Assembly: GCA_963921275.4 (NCBI GenBank)
Contig: OZ001293.3
Span: 5,088,001-5,152,000, forward strand
DNA from: an uncultured Hormoscilla sp.
GTDB taxonomy: Bacteria; Cyanobacteriota; Cyanobacteriia; Cyanobacteriales; Desertifilaceae
Length of the DNA stretch: 64,000 nt
Direction of reading: 5' to 3'
In this document: positions 22,258 to 34,085 of the stretch, piece after piece
How positions within the stretch are numbered: the stretch's first letter is position 1
Layout: every line of letters starts with the position of its first letter
The notes under the pieces: model-generated
Told to the model about the DNA's origin: nothing
Databases searched by the model: none
The model's input: the letters and a program-made list of their open reading frames with translations, nothing else
Translations under genes and position numbers: made by a program

Positions 22258-22743
22258 CTACTCGCCAGCGGACTGTAAAATGTCAGCATAAAGTCGATCG
22301 CCTACCCGGAAAGCCGCCTGGGATATCAAATCATCCATCACGGGTTTGACAGCGGGAATTATTCCTCTGCGTTTGGCGACTAGGAGAATTCCCAACAATC
22401 CAGTCAGATTGAGTCCCAAGCTAGATGCTATTATTCTACCTGGATACTCATCTATCAAAAGTAAATCTGCCGTTAACTCGATGGCAAGTGCGATCGCTTC
22501 TGATTCACCTGCATCCAATTCGTTTTGCAGTTCACCTACAAAGATACGGTTTATCACCTGTCGTGTTTCAATCCAGGGTAGGGTTTGGACTGCGATCGCC
22601 CCTGGTACTGTATAGCCTAAGCCTACCATTTCATCGTAGACTGCTTGGGGAATAACGATACTGCTGTATAGTTGTCGTAACAGGTCAAGCTGTCCTATGG
22701 CAGCAAGGCTAGTAATTGGAGAAGTATTGCTAACTACAGTCAC
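22258..22743 (-). CDS. DUF3368 PIN-domain putative toxin
   Basis: VVSNTSP, IPQAVYDE, LDAGESEAIALA, LLLIDE. Confidence 0.88.
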   Translation of the reverse strand: MTVVSNTSPITSLAAIGQLDLLRQLYSSIVIPQAVYDEMVGLGYTVPGAIAVQTLPWIETRQVINRIFVGELQNELDAGESEAIALAIELTADLLLIDEYPGRIIASSLGLNLTGLLGILLVAKRRGIIPAVKPVMDDLISQAAFRVGDRLYADILQSAGE

Positions 22744-22985
22744 AAGTCACCTAGCCTTTTGAGGGTTTTCAGGTCTGCTTGAAAATCTTCTACGTCATAA
22801 TGGACGCAAATGCCGCGACTGGCAAGTTCTCGTCGGAATTCAATTAAATTCATTCCGGCTAGGCGACGCGCTTTCCCGGTGCTGATTTTGTATTTCTCAA
22901 ACAGCACGATCGCAATTTCCAGTTTTAATTCCTCTGATGATATTCCTGCCGCTGACAGGATATCATCGGTAATGACGATGCTCAT
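22740..22985 (-). CDS. UPF0175 family putative antitoxin
   Basis: ELKLEIAIVLF..ISTGKARRLAG..YDVEDFQADL; 4-nt overlap with the PIN gene. Confidence 0.88.
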   Translation of the reverse strand: MSIVITDDILSAAGISSEELKLEIAIVLFEKYKISTGKARRLAGMNLIEFRRELASRGICVHYDVEDFQADLKTLKRLGDL

Positions 22986-23166
22986 TTTTCTTTAACCTCC
23001 TGCATCCTTATCTAACCGATCCTGTTACTTCCCGATCGCCTGCTGACTACAATCATAACCCACTTCTCTCTTGTAAATTTTTGACGTTTTCTTGTCACTC
23101 TGCCCCGTAGCCCAGAAACCCGGTAATTCACTATACCGGGTTTTTTAATCATTTCTCGGAATGCAT

Positions 23167-23367
23167 TTAACTATCGCTTCCTAGTTGGATCGTTTTTGAC
23201 GGCATAATCGCTGGTTTGGGACTGCGACGTATCAGGCGATCGCGACAATCTTCCTGCAACCGGAGGATATACTCGTAGAAAAGTTGCTCGTCATTCTGAC
23301 ATTCGGTTTCCATTTCCATCCGGATGCGGCGTATTTCCTCAATAATCGGATCTCGTAGCATCTTCAA
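23167..23367 (-). CDS. Small putative antitoxin downstream of a PIN gene
   Basis: DPIIEEIRRIR motif; overlaps the 3' end of the PIN gene. Confidence 0.55.
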   Translation of the reverse strand: MKMLRDPIIEEIRRIRMEMETECQNDEQLFYEYILRLQEDCRDRLIRRSPKPAIMPSKTIQLGSDS

Positions 23368-23695
23368 CCTCCATTAATTCTTCTGGCGTACAAATTACCG
23401 GGGTGCTGATTCCATATTCAGCATTAATACTTTCGATTTTCTTTTTGACATTGCCATTGACAATGTGGGTACAGTTCCAAGATAACAAAAAATCAATCCC
23501 TTGGCTTGATGCTAAAGCTAAGTGATAAGAATCTGCTCTGACTTTTTCTGGCAGTTGCAGCGCTGCAAAATAGGTTCTGGCAAGGCTACGCACATCCCCT
23601 GTCACCTCTAAAAGTGAAAAACCTGACACTTGAGCAAGGCGTAGCTGTGCTGCTTGAGCATCTCCTCTGGAAATCTCTCTTGACAAAAAGAACAA
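23339..23695 (-). pseudogene. VapC-like PIN toxin, 5'-truncated
   Basis: ADSYHLALA..DFLLSWNCTHI..PVICTPEEL; the N-terminal YxETS motif is missing. Confidence 0.7.
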
Positions 23696-23737
23696 GATTC
23701 GCTATCATCATAATATTTCCAAGCGGAGTTTCACCCA

Positions 23738-25222
23738 ATGCCCACTCAAACCCTGCCCAATATACCAGAAATTATTGACGGATTGCCCAATATCTGCGGT
23801 TGGGAAGCAGAAATAAATTCCGTCGTGCAAGGGTCAAAACCGGTCTTTTTACCCAGCACAAATATCCGCTTAGAACAGGTAACCTCCGCCTTTGCGATCG
23901 CCCTCCACATGCACCAACCCACCATCCCGGCAGGCGCAAATGGCGAACTAATTAGCAATCTGCAATACATGTTTGAACATCCCCAGGAAGGGGACAATCA
24001 CAATGCGGGTCCATTTGCCAATTGTTACAGCCGCATGGGTGATATTATACCGGAACTGGTAGCACGAGGTTGCAATCCCCGCGTCATGCTAGATTATTCG
24101 GGAAATCTGTTGTGGGGCTTGCGGCAAATGGGACGGGGAGATATCATAGAAAAGCTTCAGGGCATTACATGCGATCAGGCTTATCAACCCCATGTAGAAT
24201 GGTTGGGGACAATGTGGAGTCATGCAGTGGTGCCATCCACCCCCATACCGGATATCAAACTGCACATCCAAGCATGGCAACAGCAATTTGCCAGCATATT
24301 TGGGTTAGAAGCATTAGGGCGAGTCAAGGGGTTTTCGCCGCCAGAGATGGCATTACCAAACCACCCGGACACCCTGTTTGAATTTATTAAAGCCCTGAAG
24401 GCATGTGGCTATCGCTGGCTATTAGTGCAAGAACATACGGTGGAGACCCTGGAGGGCCAACCCATACCCGAAAAATACCTGCCCAACCGTCTGATCGCCC
24501 GGAATGGCAAGGGAGAAACCATCAGCATCACGGCCTTAATCAAAACCCAGGGTTTCGATACGAAACTGGTAGGTCAGATGCAGCCCTATTATGAAGCCAA
24601 AACCAGGGTAAAACAGCAGCTAGGGGATATAGAAGTCCCCTCATTAGTCACGCAAATAGGGGATGGCGAGAATGGGGGGGTGATGATGAATGAATTTCCC
24701 TCCGCCTTCCAGCAAGCGTGGCAAGAAATGGCCCAGAATGTAGTGGGAGTCAACGGCACGGAATATCTAGAACTAATAGCAGCAGCCGGTTGCCATCCCG
24801 ATCATTATCCCTCTTGTCAGGCAGTAGGTCAACAGGAAATATGGTCGCGCGTGGACCTAGAGAACTGCACCCCCGCAGCAGTAGAACAGGCGATCGCCTG
24901 CATCAAAGAAGACAATCCCAATTATCATATAGAGGGAGCATCTTGGACAAATAACATCAGTTGGGTAAAGGGGTACGAGAACGTGTTAGGGCCGATGAAT
25001 CAACTCAGCGCCAAGTTTCACGAAAAGCTGGACCCATTGGGCAGAGTCAGGGAAAATATTACTCAGTCTTCCGATTTTTCCGGAACGGTGTATCGTCAAG
25101 CACTGCTTTACAACCTGTTACTTCAGACTAGCTGTTTTCGTTACTGGGGACAAGGAACCTGGACCGACTACGCCCGGGAGATTTACCAAAGGGGCGAGTC
25201 TTACCTCAGAAATGCATTCTAA
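23738..25222 (+). CDS. Glycoside hydrolase family 57-like protein
   Basis: ALHMHQP, GFSPPEM, IGDGENGG, TSCFRYWGQG. Confidence 0.85.
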   Translation: MPTQTLPNIPEIIDGLPNICGWEAEINSVVQGSKPVFLPSTNIRLEQVTSAFAIALHMHQPTIPAGANGELISNLQYMFEHPQEGDNHNAGPFANCYSRMGDIIPELVARGCNPRVMLDYSGNLLWGLRQMGRGDIIEKLQGITCDQAYQPHVEWLGTMWSHAVVPSTPIPDIKLHIQAWQQQFASIFGLEALGRVKGFSPPEMALPNHPDTLFEFIKALKACGYRWLLVQEHTVETLEGQPIPEKYLPNRLIARNGKGETISITALIKTQGFDTKLVGQMQPYYEAKTRVKQQLGDIEVPSLVTQIGDGENGGVMMNEFPSAFQQAWQEMAQNVVGVNGTEYLELIAAAGCHPDHYPSCQAVGQQEIWSRVDLENCTPAAVEQAIACIKEDNPNYHIEGASWTNNISWVKGYENVLGPMNQLSAKFHEKLDPLGRVRENITQSSDFSGTVYRQALLYNLLLQTSCFRYWGQGTWTDYAREIYQRGESYLRNAF

Positions 25223-25280
25223 CAGATAATTCTCATCTTTTGTGTGATCTGCTGTCGGAGCAATTAGCAATTAGCAAATT

Positions 25281-26081
25281 ATGAATTACCATGCTAGAGA
25301 GAACTTAATACAAGCGATCGCCGCTGCCGGAATGGCCCTGTTGTGCGGAGGTGCGATCGCCTTTTTGCAAATCCCGCAACTCAAGCAACTTGAAGCGGAC
25401 CCAAACCTAGCAACACCAGAAAAACTGCAGAGGGAAGTTGCAGCAGAAAAAGCTAAACTAAAATTACTCCAGCAGATGCCCGGATTTGGTTTTGATAACT
25501 TAATAGCAAACTGGACAATGGTCCTGTTTTTAATCTACTTTGGAGATGAACCCGCCCGCGCCCAAACAGACTACAGTCTGAGTCCAGAATATTTTGAAGT
25601 GATAGTCGATCGCGACCCCCGCTTTCTGGATGCTTATTTGTTCCTATCTTCCAGCGTATCGCTTTATGCAGCCATGCCAGAACGATCGATCGCTATGCTT
25701 GACAAGGTATTAAGGTTACTAGATCCCCAAGTACCTCCCAAATCTTATTACATTTGGCGTTATAAAGCTATTGACGAGTTATTATTTTTGGGAGATGGTA
25801 AAGCAGCGAAAAAGTCATTTGAGATGGCCGCAGACTGGGCTAGCAATTATTCTGACCCAGAAAGCAAAGCTGTAGCAGCAGTTTCTCGTCAAACAGCGGC
25901 ATACTTAGCCGGTAACCCCGATAGTAAAACAGCTCAGATTTCCGCCTGGGTTATGGTATTAAATAATGCGGTAGACGATCGCACTCGCAAAAGGGCGATC
26001 GATCGTATCAGAACCCTAGGCGGAAGGATAGAAACCACTCCTTCGGGGGCTTTACAGATTATTACGCCACGAGAAGATTAA
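25281..26081 (+). CDS. Hypothetical membrane-anchored TPR-like protein
   Basis: N-terminal hydrophobic helix; GFDNLIANW and DPRFLDAY motifs. Confidence 0.6.
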   Translation: MNYHARENLIQAIAAAGMALLCGGAIAFLQIPQLKQLEADPNLATPEKLQREVAAEKAKLKLLQQMPGFGFDNLIANWTMVLFLIYFGDEPARAQTDYSLSPEYFEVIVDRDPRFLDAYLFLSSSVSLYAAMPERSIAMLDKVLRLLDPQVPPKSYYIWRYKAIDELLFLGDGKAAKKSFEMAADWASNYSDPESKAVAAVSRQTAAYLAGNPDSKTAQISAWVMVLNNAVDDRTRKRAIDRIRTLGGRIETTPSGALQIITPRED

Positions 26082-26188
26082 GGCATCGGGTGCATCTCAC
26101 TTTCGCAAAGGTACATTAATAATACATGCAATTTAGCCCGCGCAGGCGAACTTTGTTTGTGTAACCGGACCCTTTAGGGTTCGGGCGA

Positions 26189-29100
26189 CTAAGATGCCAA
26201 AAAACTGATATTGGGTAGATCGTTGAGTTCGCAGCAGGGGAGGTTTGTCGCCTTGACCCGGGCGATCGCCTCTTGATTTTCGTTCTCCAACCCAATGCGA
26301 GAATGGATGCGGGACAACAAAGCTGACCACTGCATTTCGCTCAACTGTCCTATTAGTGTAATTTCTGGTCCATCATCAACATCTAAATCTTCTGACATCA
26401 GCAGACTCATGACTACGCTACATATAGCTGCATCCGCATCTTCATCAGAAATGTTGCTAGTGTCTACCAAGAGAGTCATCTGGCTTTTATCTGGGTGAGT
26501 TATAACCGTCCCGAACACTCCTGCTAATTCCTCACCTAGGGACTCTTCTGGCGCAGACCAATCTGGGAAGATAATTATATTAACATCTTTCAAGTTCAAA
26601 CCTAGGAGAGTTGCATCCATCAAAGCAGAACTCACCTTTGCCGCCATTCTTGACCAAGAAAACTTTTTCGCCTGTTCCAGTCCCGCTGCGATCGACGAGT
26701 TGCGCACACCAGGCTTTTGCACCTCACAAAGCGCATTCACTAGCCCATCGACATCCTCATCATGCACGTATATTGCTGCTTCTCCTGTTACTTCAGGGAT
26801 AGATGCGTTGGGAGAAGTAATCACGGGACATCCACAAGCCATGGCCTCAAGAACAGGTAACCCGAACCCTTCATACTTGGATGGATATACTAATGCGATC
26901 GCGCCCGAATAAGCAGCACTCAGTTCTTCGTCGCTGAGTTGCAGCATATGAACCACAACCCCTGACGTATAACTTCTCAATTCAGATGCTAATAAACCTC
27001 CGCGTCCAGTACCGACTATCTCAAATCCTTGATACGTGCAAAGTTTCGAGAAAGCTTTGAAGAACAAAATCGTATTTTTATAACCCGTTTCCGGTCCGAC
27101 CAGCAGAAAGTATGGTTTGCCAATTCCGTATTTAGTTTTAAAGCCATTAATCTCCTCAGAACTAGCTGGCGTAAACGGACTTTTAACCCCGCAATGGGCG
27201 ACCGTAACAGACGGGATGTCCGGGAAAAACTTGACTAAATCACGGGCCGTATTCTCAGAAATAGTAATATAGCCAGAAGCTTCTTGGATGCTGCGATGTT
27301 TTTCTCTCCACATGGGTTCGTTTATATTCGCACCCAACCGTTCCGGTATCATGTCATAACCCATAAATACCGAGGGCGTAGACAGAGGCGTTGTATAGTA
27401 AGTTGAAATAAATAATTCCGCCCCCTCTTCATCGCATACTTGTTGTAACATTTCACGATCAGCATCCGTTCTGCTGTAGTCATAAGCTAGCACAGTCCGA
27501 TACCATATTCCCGGAATTTTCGGGGCCGTTCCCACTCGGTCGAGAACCACAATATGTTTAGCAAAATCATGCTTACTCCATTCTGACAGCAATGAACTCC
27601 AGACCCGGGCAATGCCAGTTTGATAGAGCTGGAAAAATACACCGTCAATTACAATTGTGGGAGCTTGTCTCTGTTTTTTGAATTTACCCCAATACAACTC
27701 CTCCGGTAGAGCAAACCGCCAAATGTTGCTGTTGGAATCTTTTTGGGCTATTGGCACCACGCCGCATGCAGAAGCAGTGTCTGCCCTCGTTTCGTCCTGC
27801 ACCCAGGAAAAATACTCCCGCAATAAAACTGGAAATTGAGTCTGGTTTTGCAACGCCATCCATTGCGAAACGGCATCTTGATAACCATAATATTTCTCCT
27901 TAAACTTCAACTGGTCTGGGGTGACATAAGCAAAATGCTGGAACACCAAACCCTCTTTCTCCGTTTCTTCATGTCGAAAAGGGTTGACTGCTGCCACGTT
28001 CCGCCCTTGACTATCAGGTTGCGGTTTAACTAATATCGGAGGTTCGTTAGCAGCCCAGGACATCCCCGGTTTATACTTCCAAGTACGCAACCAGTCTTGT
28101 TTGGGATTCTGAGCGTAGCAATTGCGTGTACTGATAACCATATTTTCGCCCACAAAATACCAACACCAGTAGAAAGCAGCAGTTTTGTCAGGATTGTTGA
28201 CGAACATTTTTCTGGCAGTACATATCTGTTCCAACGTCCACAGTTCATCTACATCTACTTGCCACAGCAAACATTCTTCCTGGATATTGGCTAGGGGTGC
28301 ATTCACCATTTCACGTTTTCCCTCCCAGAAAACACCCTCCGGTTTACAGTAGACCGTGATATTTTCCGGATACAGCCGCGCCAGTTCGTCTAGGTATTCT
28401 GACGTGCCGTCATTGCTACGCCCCTTCCGATGGATTTCATCGGTTATCTGTCCTCCACGCTGCAAACACCAGGCTGTATCGTGCTTCAAGTCAGCAACGC
28501 CCTCAATAATGTGCCAATGCCACGTTATAGGGAGTTGCTTGAACTGTTCTATATGGTAGCGGATAAAAGGTTGACCGTTGAGAACAATGGTAAAGAAATG
28601 GATTGGTAATGTATCAAACAGCTTAGTCAGTTTAGTAAACGGCGGCTTAAATGCTATTCCAGTTCCCGTACCATAGCTATCCTCAATAAACAGATAATCT
28701 GTAAACTTGCTCTTATATTCTTTCCACAGCCCACCTAGTTCGGGATGGGCATGGTGGGCAATGTCATCAAACACCAATGCCCCGCCAGGAGCCATATGAC
28801 TAAAGGCGATATCCAAGTCACTTTTTGCCCCAACGTAGGTGTGGTCTCCATCAATATTAATTAAGTCAAACTCTTGGGGATTGTCTGGATTCGCAAAAAA
28901 GGATGGTAGTTTTTCTTGAGAGTTTCCCTGTATCAAGCTGGGTATGTTTTTTATTTCCAGATTACGCAGTTCTGAAATCACAAACTCAGGACCAGGATTA
29001 TGCGTTCCAGCGTACTCTTGGATCCACAAATCAAAGCCATAGGCTTTAGTTTCTGGTGATTCAACCAAAACCTGAGCAAGCGATCGCTTCCGGCGCACCC

Positions 29101-31315
29101 CAACCTCCAAATAGTTTTTGGGTTGAAAATTACGTGCGTACCAATTCAAGAATGAAATTAAATCAAACCAATTGGATTGGTCTGGTGATGGATTAGCATA
29201 ACTTTTTAAATCATTAGATAACCAGTGATCTCGAGTCAGGCGGGAAATAATTGAGTAAACTCTTTGTTTAACTTCTGGATTTGCAATGGAAACAACTAAG
29301 TTATCTCCCAGTTTTTCTTTTGTGGATAACAATGAAACGATATAACGGGAGCCTTGGAACGATTGTAATTGCTAGGCGATCGCCTCTTCAACCCGATGAC
29401 TCTGGGAAATTGACTGTGAAGTTTCCCCATTGCTGATATAATAATCTTGCAGATGCACTGGCAAGTGCCATTGAACTCGTGGATCTGCCTGGTGGATAAC
29501 TGGTTCAACATTCCCGCGCCAAGCAACTCCCATGATTTGAGCTGTCTGGTATACCATTGTCTTCCAACCTTTTCCCTTCAGGTAGTTCAATCCTTGCGCT
29601 ACATCTGGTGATACTAGATCGTGGAAGAGAATTAAAGCATCTTGTTCTGCAAATTTCTCGCATGCGATCGCGTCATTCAGAGGTCCTGGTGCTTCGTGAT
29701 TACCATCAATAAAAATAATTGACCATTTGCGCTGCTGTTGCTGCCCCAACTCTTCTACTTTATTGGGACTATAGCCAGCTATTAAATTTACCTTTTCCCA
29801 CACCCCTGCTGCCCTGAGCGAACTCCTCACACTTTCATAAAACTCCGATCTGGCTAACAATGGATCTATAACATCTAGTTCAACTTCTGCTGAAGCAAAA
29901 TGACAGGCTGACCATCCTAACCAACAGCCGATCTCCAAACATCTCTTCCCCTTAAACTGGAGCGCACTATTGTAAAGAATATGAGCTTCATCTCTATTAA
30001 TAAATCCTACTGTTGGCTGTCGCTTGTCTACATATATATTATGTGGAATGCCTCTGCGCTCGTACTTCCATGACGAATAGCCAGATCCCACAGCTATCAT
30101 ATTTGGGAAGTTTTCATCAGGTCTAATAATTGACAACCCTGGTGAAACATAATCTCCCGCAGGTAATAAAGCCTGCTCTACTTCTTCCATGTACTCTTTG
30201 ACCATTTTTTCTCCCCTGAACATCTTTTCTGCTCGCTTCTTGCAAGCCTGACCAATTTCTTGAGGTAATTCTACATTCTCAGTCCAAGATTCAATAGTCC
30301 TGACTAACTCTCCTACTGTAGCTCGCGGATTAATTGTTGGAGAGGTTAGCAACTTGCCAGTATCGCCCAACTGTTCTGGGATACCGCTTACCGCTGAAGC
30401 AATAACTGGTAATCCCTTTGCCATTGCTTCCATTACTGCCAATGGCATTCCTTCAGCTTCCGAAGGCAAAACAAAAATATCGCTTGCATCTAGCCAATTT
30501 GGGATATCCCAACGCTCTCCCAAAAACTTTACTTTTTCAATTACCCCTTGCGCTTCTACTTCTTTCCTCAGTGGAGCTTCTAAACTTCCCGCACCTGCCC
30601 AGACAAAATAAATTTTATCCCATACTGGATTTTATTTTAGATGTTTAATTGCCTCTAGTTGATATTGGTAGCCTTTTACCGATACTAAGCGAGATGCTGT
30701 AAAACAAACCACTGCATCTAATGGTATACCAAACTCTTGGCGCAGACTTTCGCGAACTGATGGATCCCGGGGGATAAAATACTCCTCTGGACGTCCATAA
30801 TAGATAACTTTTCCCTTCTCTTGTGGTAATCTAAATAGCTGATGTAATAGCTTCAGGTTCTCTTGCGACACAGCAATAACCGTTTCTGCTTGATTATATT
30901 GCTCATATAGTTGTTCTAAGTAATCAGCAAAGCGTTTTGCTAGGTATGGTGCTACAAACCCTATAACTGCAATATAGGGGATTCCCATTTCCATAGCCAC
31001 CTGCTTAGCAGCAAAATTGGAAAAAGGACAACAGTCGTTAAAAATAACTAAATCAGCTTGAGCACTTGTAAAAATTATTTTAACCTCCGCGTGATTATTT
31101 AAACTTTTACCAAACTCTTGAGCAGTGTCAAATTTTAACCATATGTGTTTAATTCCCATTTCCATTTGACTCGTCACCAAAGGATTCGATGTTTTTGTTT
31201 GCACGCCAACTACCTGATAACCCTGCTTTACTAATTCATTTAAGATTAGGTGGTTAATTCGTGCCACTCCGTAAACTCCATGATCGTCTGTATATACTAT
31301 GATATTTTTGCTCAT
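26189..31315 (-). pseudogene. About 1708-codon multidomain glycosyltransferase/methyltransferase with two in-frame stops
   Basis: ORFs 30632..31315, 29372..30523 and 26189..29332 are all in one frame; stops are TAA 30632-30634 and TAG 29372-29374. Two GT4 motifs (EGMPLAVMEAM, EGFGLPVLEAM) and two class I methyltransferase-24-like domains (FIDGNH, IDGDH). Confidence 0.85.
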
Positions 31316-31352
31316 TTTATTTTTTCCTCAATTCTCAATTCTGTCCTTTCTT

Positions 31353-31733
31353 TTACGATCCTGTTTCTGCTTGACTCTCTCCCACCTGCTCTTGTAGTTC
31401 CTCTAATAATATTTTATAATTACGGCGATCGGGAAACAACTGCACTAGCTTCGACAAAGGCCCGATCGCACCTCTAGCATTCTTCCTCTGGAGCCGCACT
31501 GACACCAGTTTCTCTAATGCTACCTGATTTTGTGGCTCTCGCTGTAAAACTTTTTCATATCCTCTCTCTTGTGCTGCCAGTCTATCCTCTATTTTGGGAG
31601 CTGTCGCTTCACTGGATACCGGTTGTGTCAGAGCATCCCGGAATATTGAGGTTATAGCCAACGCTGTGGAGCCTAAGAATGCCCCTCCTCCTACTATAGC
31701 AAGAACCCGATGCCAAATCGGTTTTTTTGACAT
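31353..31733 (-). CDS. TPR-containing membrane protein
   Basis: N-terminal TM segment; GYEKVLQREPQNQVAL TPR. Confidence 0.7.
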   Translation of the reverse strand: MSKKPIWHRVLAIVGGGAFLGSTALAITSIFRDALTQPVSSEATAPKIEDRLAAQERGYEKVLQREPQNQVALEKLVSVRLQRKNARGAIGPLSKLVQLFPDRRNYKILLEELQEQVGESQAETGS

Positions 31734-31989
31734 ATCTCATCCCTCCGTCACCTGAGTACACCAGCGATATGTGATGACTCACTGCTCCGGAGCGAGCCCT
31801 TATATACCCTACCCCATCCTGCGACCATCTTTACACAAATTTTATTTTTCATTACGGATACCAGTCCCTCCACCTAATGACAGTGGTTTAATTGCGATCG
31901 TTCACCGTTCATCTGTGAGCCTCATATTTATTATACCCCTTTCTGCTGCCGCTGCGATCGACTTTGAAAGTCGATCGCTTTGTTGGGAG

Positions 31990-32237
31990 TCTAGCCCGCG
32001 CCAGCGGGCTTAGTTCATGTAGCCTCACCCGGTGAGGGCTGAGTCTAGCCCGCGCCGGCGGGCTTAGTTCATGTAGCCCCACCCTTTAGAGTGAGGCGTA
32101 GCCAGCGGGCTTAGTTCATGTAGCCCCACCTTTAGAGTGAGGCGTAGCCAGCGGGCTTAGTTCATGTAGCCCCACCCTTTAGGGTGAGGCGTAGCCAGCG
32201 GACTTAGTTCATGTAGCCCCACCCTTTAGGGTGAGGG
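31990..32237. repeat. Cluster of 5 REP-like units GCCAGCGGGCTTAGTTCATGTAGCCCCACC
   Basis: Tandem copies here; related copies at 9415, 26135, 33457-33610 (inverted) and 36454. Confidence 0.85.
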
Positions 32238-32258
32238 CATCTTGAAAAGCCCCAGCAG

Positions 32259-32867
32259 TTACAAAATCACCCGAACAACATTGCTAGCGGTTCCAGCGCC
32301 AGTTTTGTTAACAGGAATAACGCGATACCGTAAGGTTTCTTCCACAGGTTGATTCACTAACATAGTCCCGGGTTTAATCGCAGTTGCCACATTTAGCCAC
32401 ATTTGATGAACCGCATCGAACCTTTGCACTTCATAAGCAGCGACTTTACCGCCATTCCGAGACTGTTTCCAGCTCAAGCTGACAACACCAGGACTAATGC
32501 GGGTAGCTTCCAAAGTGTGAGTCGCCCCGGGAACCGCTAAAGTATTTCCTTGAGCACGTCCTCCCCAACCAAGCAGCTTCAACTTATTATCATCCCGTTT
32601 AACTATCGATTCAGCATAGCGGATATCGGTCTTCAATTGCTCAACCATCTCTTTGAGGATAGCTTTTTTTTCAGCACAAGCAAGTTCAGCAGCAGCCTTT
32701 GTAGCCACCTGCTGCTTTTGGGCCATTTTCAACTTATTAAGAGTAGTTTCGAGATCCGTTGTGGGAATTACTGGCGCAGGATATAACTCCTTGTTAGCAT
32801 TCAACCCATCGATCATATTTTGAGCTAAAGCGACTATTTCAGATTCTCTTTCTGGAAACTTAACCAT
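32259..32867 (-). CDS. Helical N-terminus + fibronectin type III domain protein
   Basis: VSLSWKQ..YEVQR..W..YRVIPVNKTGAG..SN FN3 pattern. Confidence 0.75.
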   Translation of the reverse strand: MVKFPERESEIVALAQNMIDGLNANKELYPAPVIPTTDLETTLNKLKMAQKQQVATKAAAELACAEKKAILKEMVEQLKTDIRYAESIVKRDDNKLKLLGWGGRAQGNTLAVPGATHTLEATRISPGVVSLSWKQSRNGGKVAAYEVQRFDAVHQMWLNVATAIKPGTMLVNQPVEETLRYRVIPVNKTGAGTASNVVRVIL

Positions 32868-33456
32868 GACTTTCTATATTCTAAACGACCAGGAACTGCG
32901 CGAGGGATGTCTGTGCCCTCTGGAACAATAGCAAGGCACAGAGATATCGAATCTTACATCGAGTAAAGCACCAATAGGTTCTAAGGTGGCTTCTTTATAG
33001 GCTTAGTTTGACTCATACCCGCTTCACTCATACTCGCTTCAGTTTTGCTCATACCTGCTTTAGTAGGTATAGCTTATATTTGCTTCATGTTTGCTTATAC
33101 CTGCCTTAGTTTGTTTCATACATAGTCAAGTATTTTGCTAACTAGGCTAAGTTTGTACAGAAACAGAGAGGGTATGGGCATCTTTTTGGTAGCGTCAGCA
33201 GAGAAGTTCGATATCTCTGCCAGAACTCTTATCCCAGGGCGGTGTCTGGAGCATGCCGTATCCCTTGCGGGAGCGCTGTTTGCAGCCTGGTCCTTCAGGA
33301 CAAGAGCATGCACTGGTAAATTGCAGACAGCATAAGGGCTTCAGCGATTTAACCAGAGAGCGCACGGACTTTGATGCTATAATCACACAGTCAAAAGTGA
33401 AATCGGACAGTTTGTCCAATAATTAAGTATAGCGTTTCTTAAATTGATATGATACA

Positions 33457-33610
33457 GCCGCCCGAACCCGTGCATGGTCCGGACCCTAAAGGGTCCGGCT
33501 ACAGGAACAAACCCCGCTGGCGCGGGCTAGAAGACCGCCCGGACCCGTGCATGGTCCGGACCCTAAAGGGTCCGGCTACAGGAACAAACCCCGCCTGCGC
33601 GGGCTAGAAG
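33457..33610. repeat. 2 x 77-nt repeat of the same REP-like family
   Basis: CCCGTGCATGGTCCGGACCCTAAAGGGTCCGGCTAC...GCGGGCTAGAAG occurs twice. Confidence 0.85.
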
Positions 33611-33651
33611 TGAGATGCATCCATCTCCGACAGCAGATCACACAAAGGATG

Positions 33652-33700
33652 AGAACTGCTATAAGATTTTAATAGTAAATTAAAATCTTATAGCAGTTCT
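33652..33700. repeat. Perfect 21-bp inverted repeat, 7-nt loop
   Basis: AGAACTGCTATAAGATTTTAA tagtaaa TTAAAATCTTATAGCAGTTCT. Confidence 0.85.
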
Positions 33701-33705
33701 TCAGA

Positions 33706-33960
33706 TGTTTCTCCCTTCCCAGGTATGGATCCCTATTTAGAGTATCCTGAGCTGTGGCCAGAGGTGCATAATCGTTTGATTATCGCGATCGCGGATGCTG
33801 TAGCCCCCTCTCTACCGGCTAAATATCGAGTAGCGATCCAAAAGCGCACCTAATTTGAGCGAACCGGAAGATTCCGTCTTGGTGGGTATTCCCTCGGTAT
33901 TGTCGAAAACATCAACCCATCAGTCAACAACTCTAACCTCATCAACTATAGCGGTTGCCC
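33706..33960 (+). pseudogene. DUF4058 family fragment
   Basis: PFPGMDPYLE.PELWPEVHNRLIIAIAD...KYRVAIQKRT*, then frameshifted LSEPEDSVLVGIP. Confidence 0.7.
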
Positions 33961-34085
33961 CGGCGTCTTCCGCATGCTCTTATCCTGAAGGACACGGCTG
34001 GCGCTCGCGATCCGGTGCCAAGGCTGCAAGCAGAAGACGCTGCTTGGGCTGACGCCCTGTTACGCGATCGGGAACTTCGGTAGTG

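Noticed and set aside
2205..30634. Stop-codon reassignment explaining the in-frame stops
   Set aside because: ado, aar, accA (TAG) and folE, ftsH (TAA) terminate normally at these codons.
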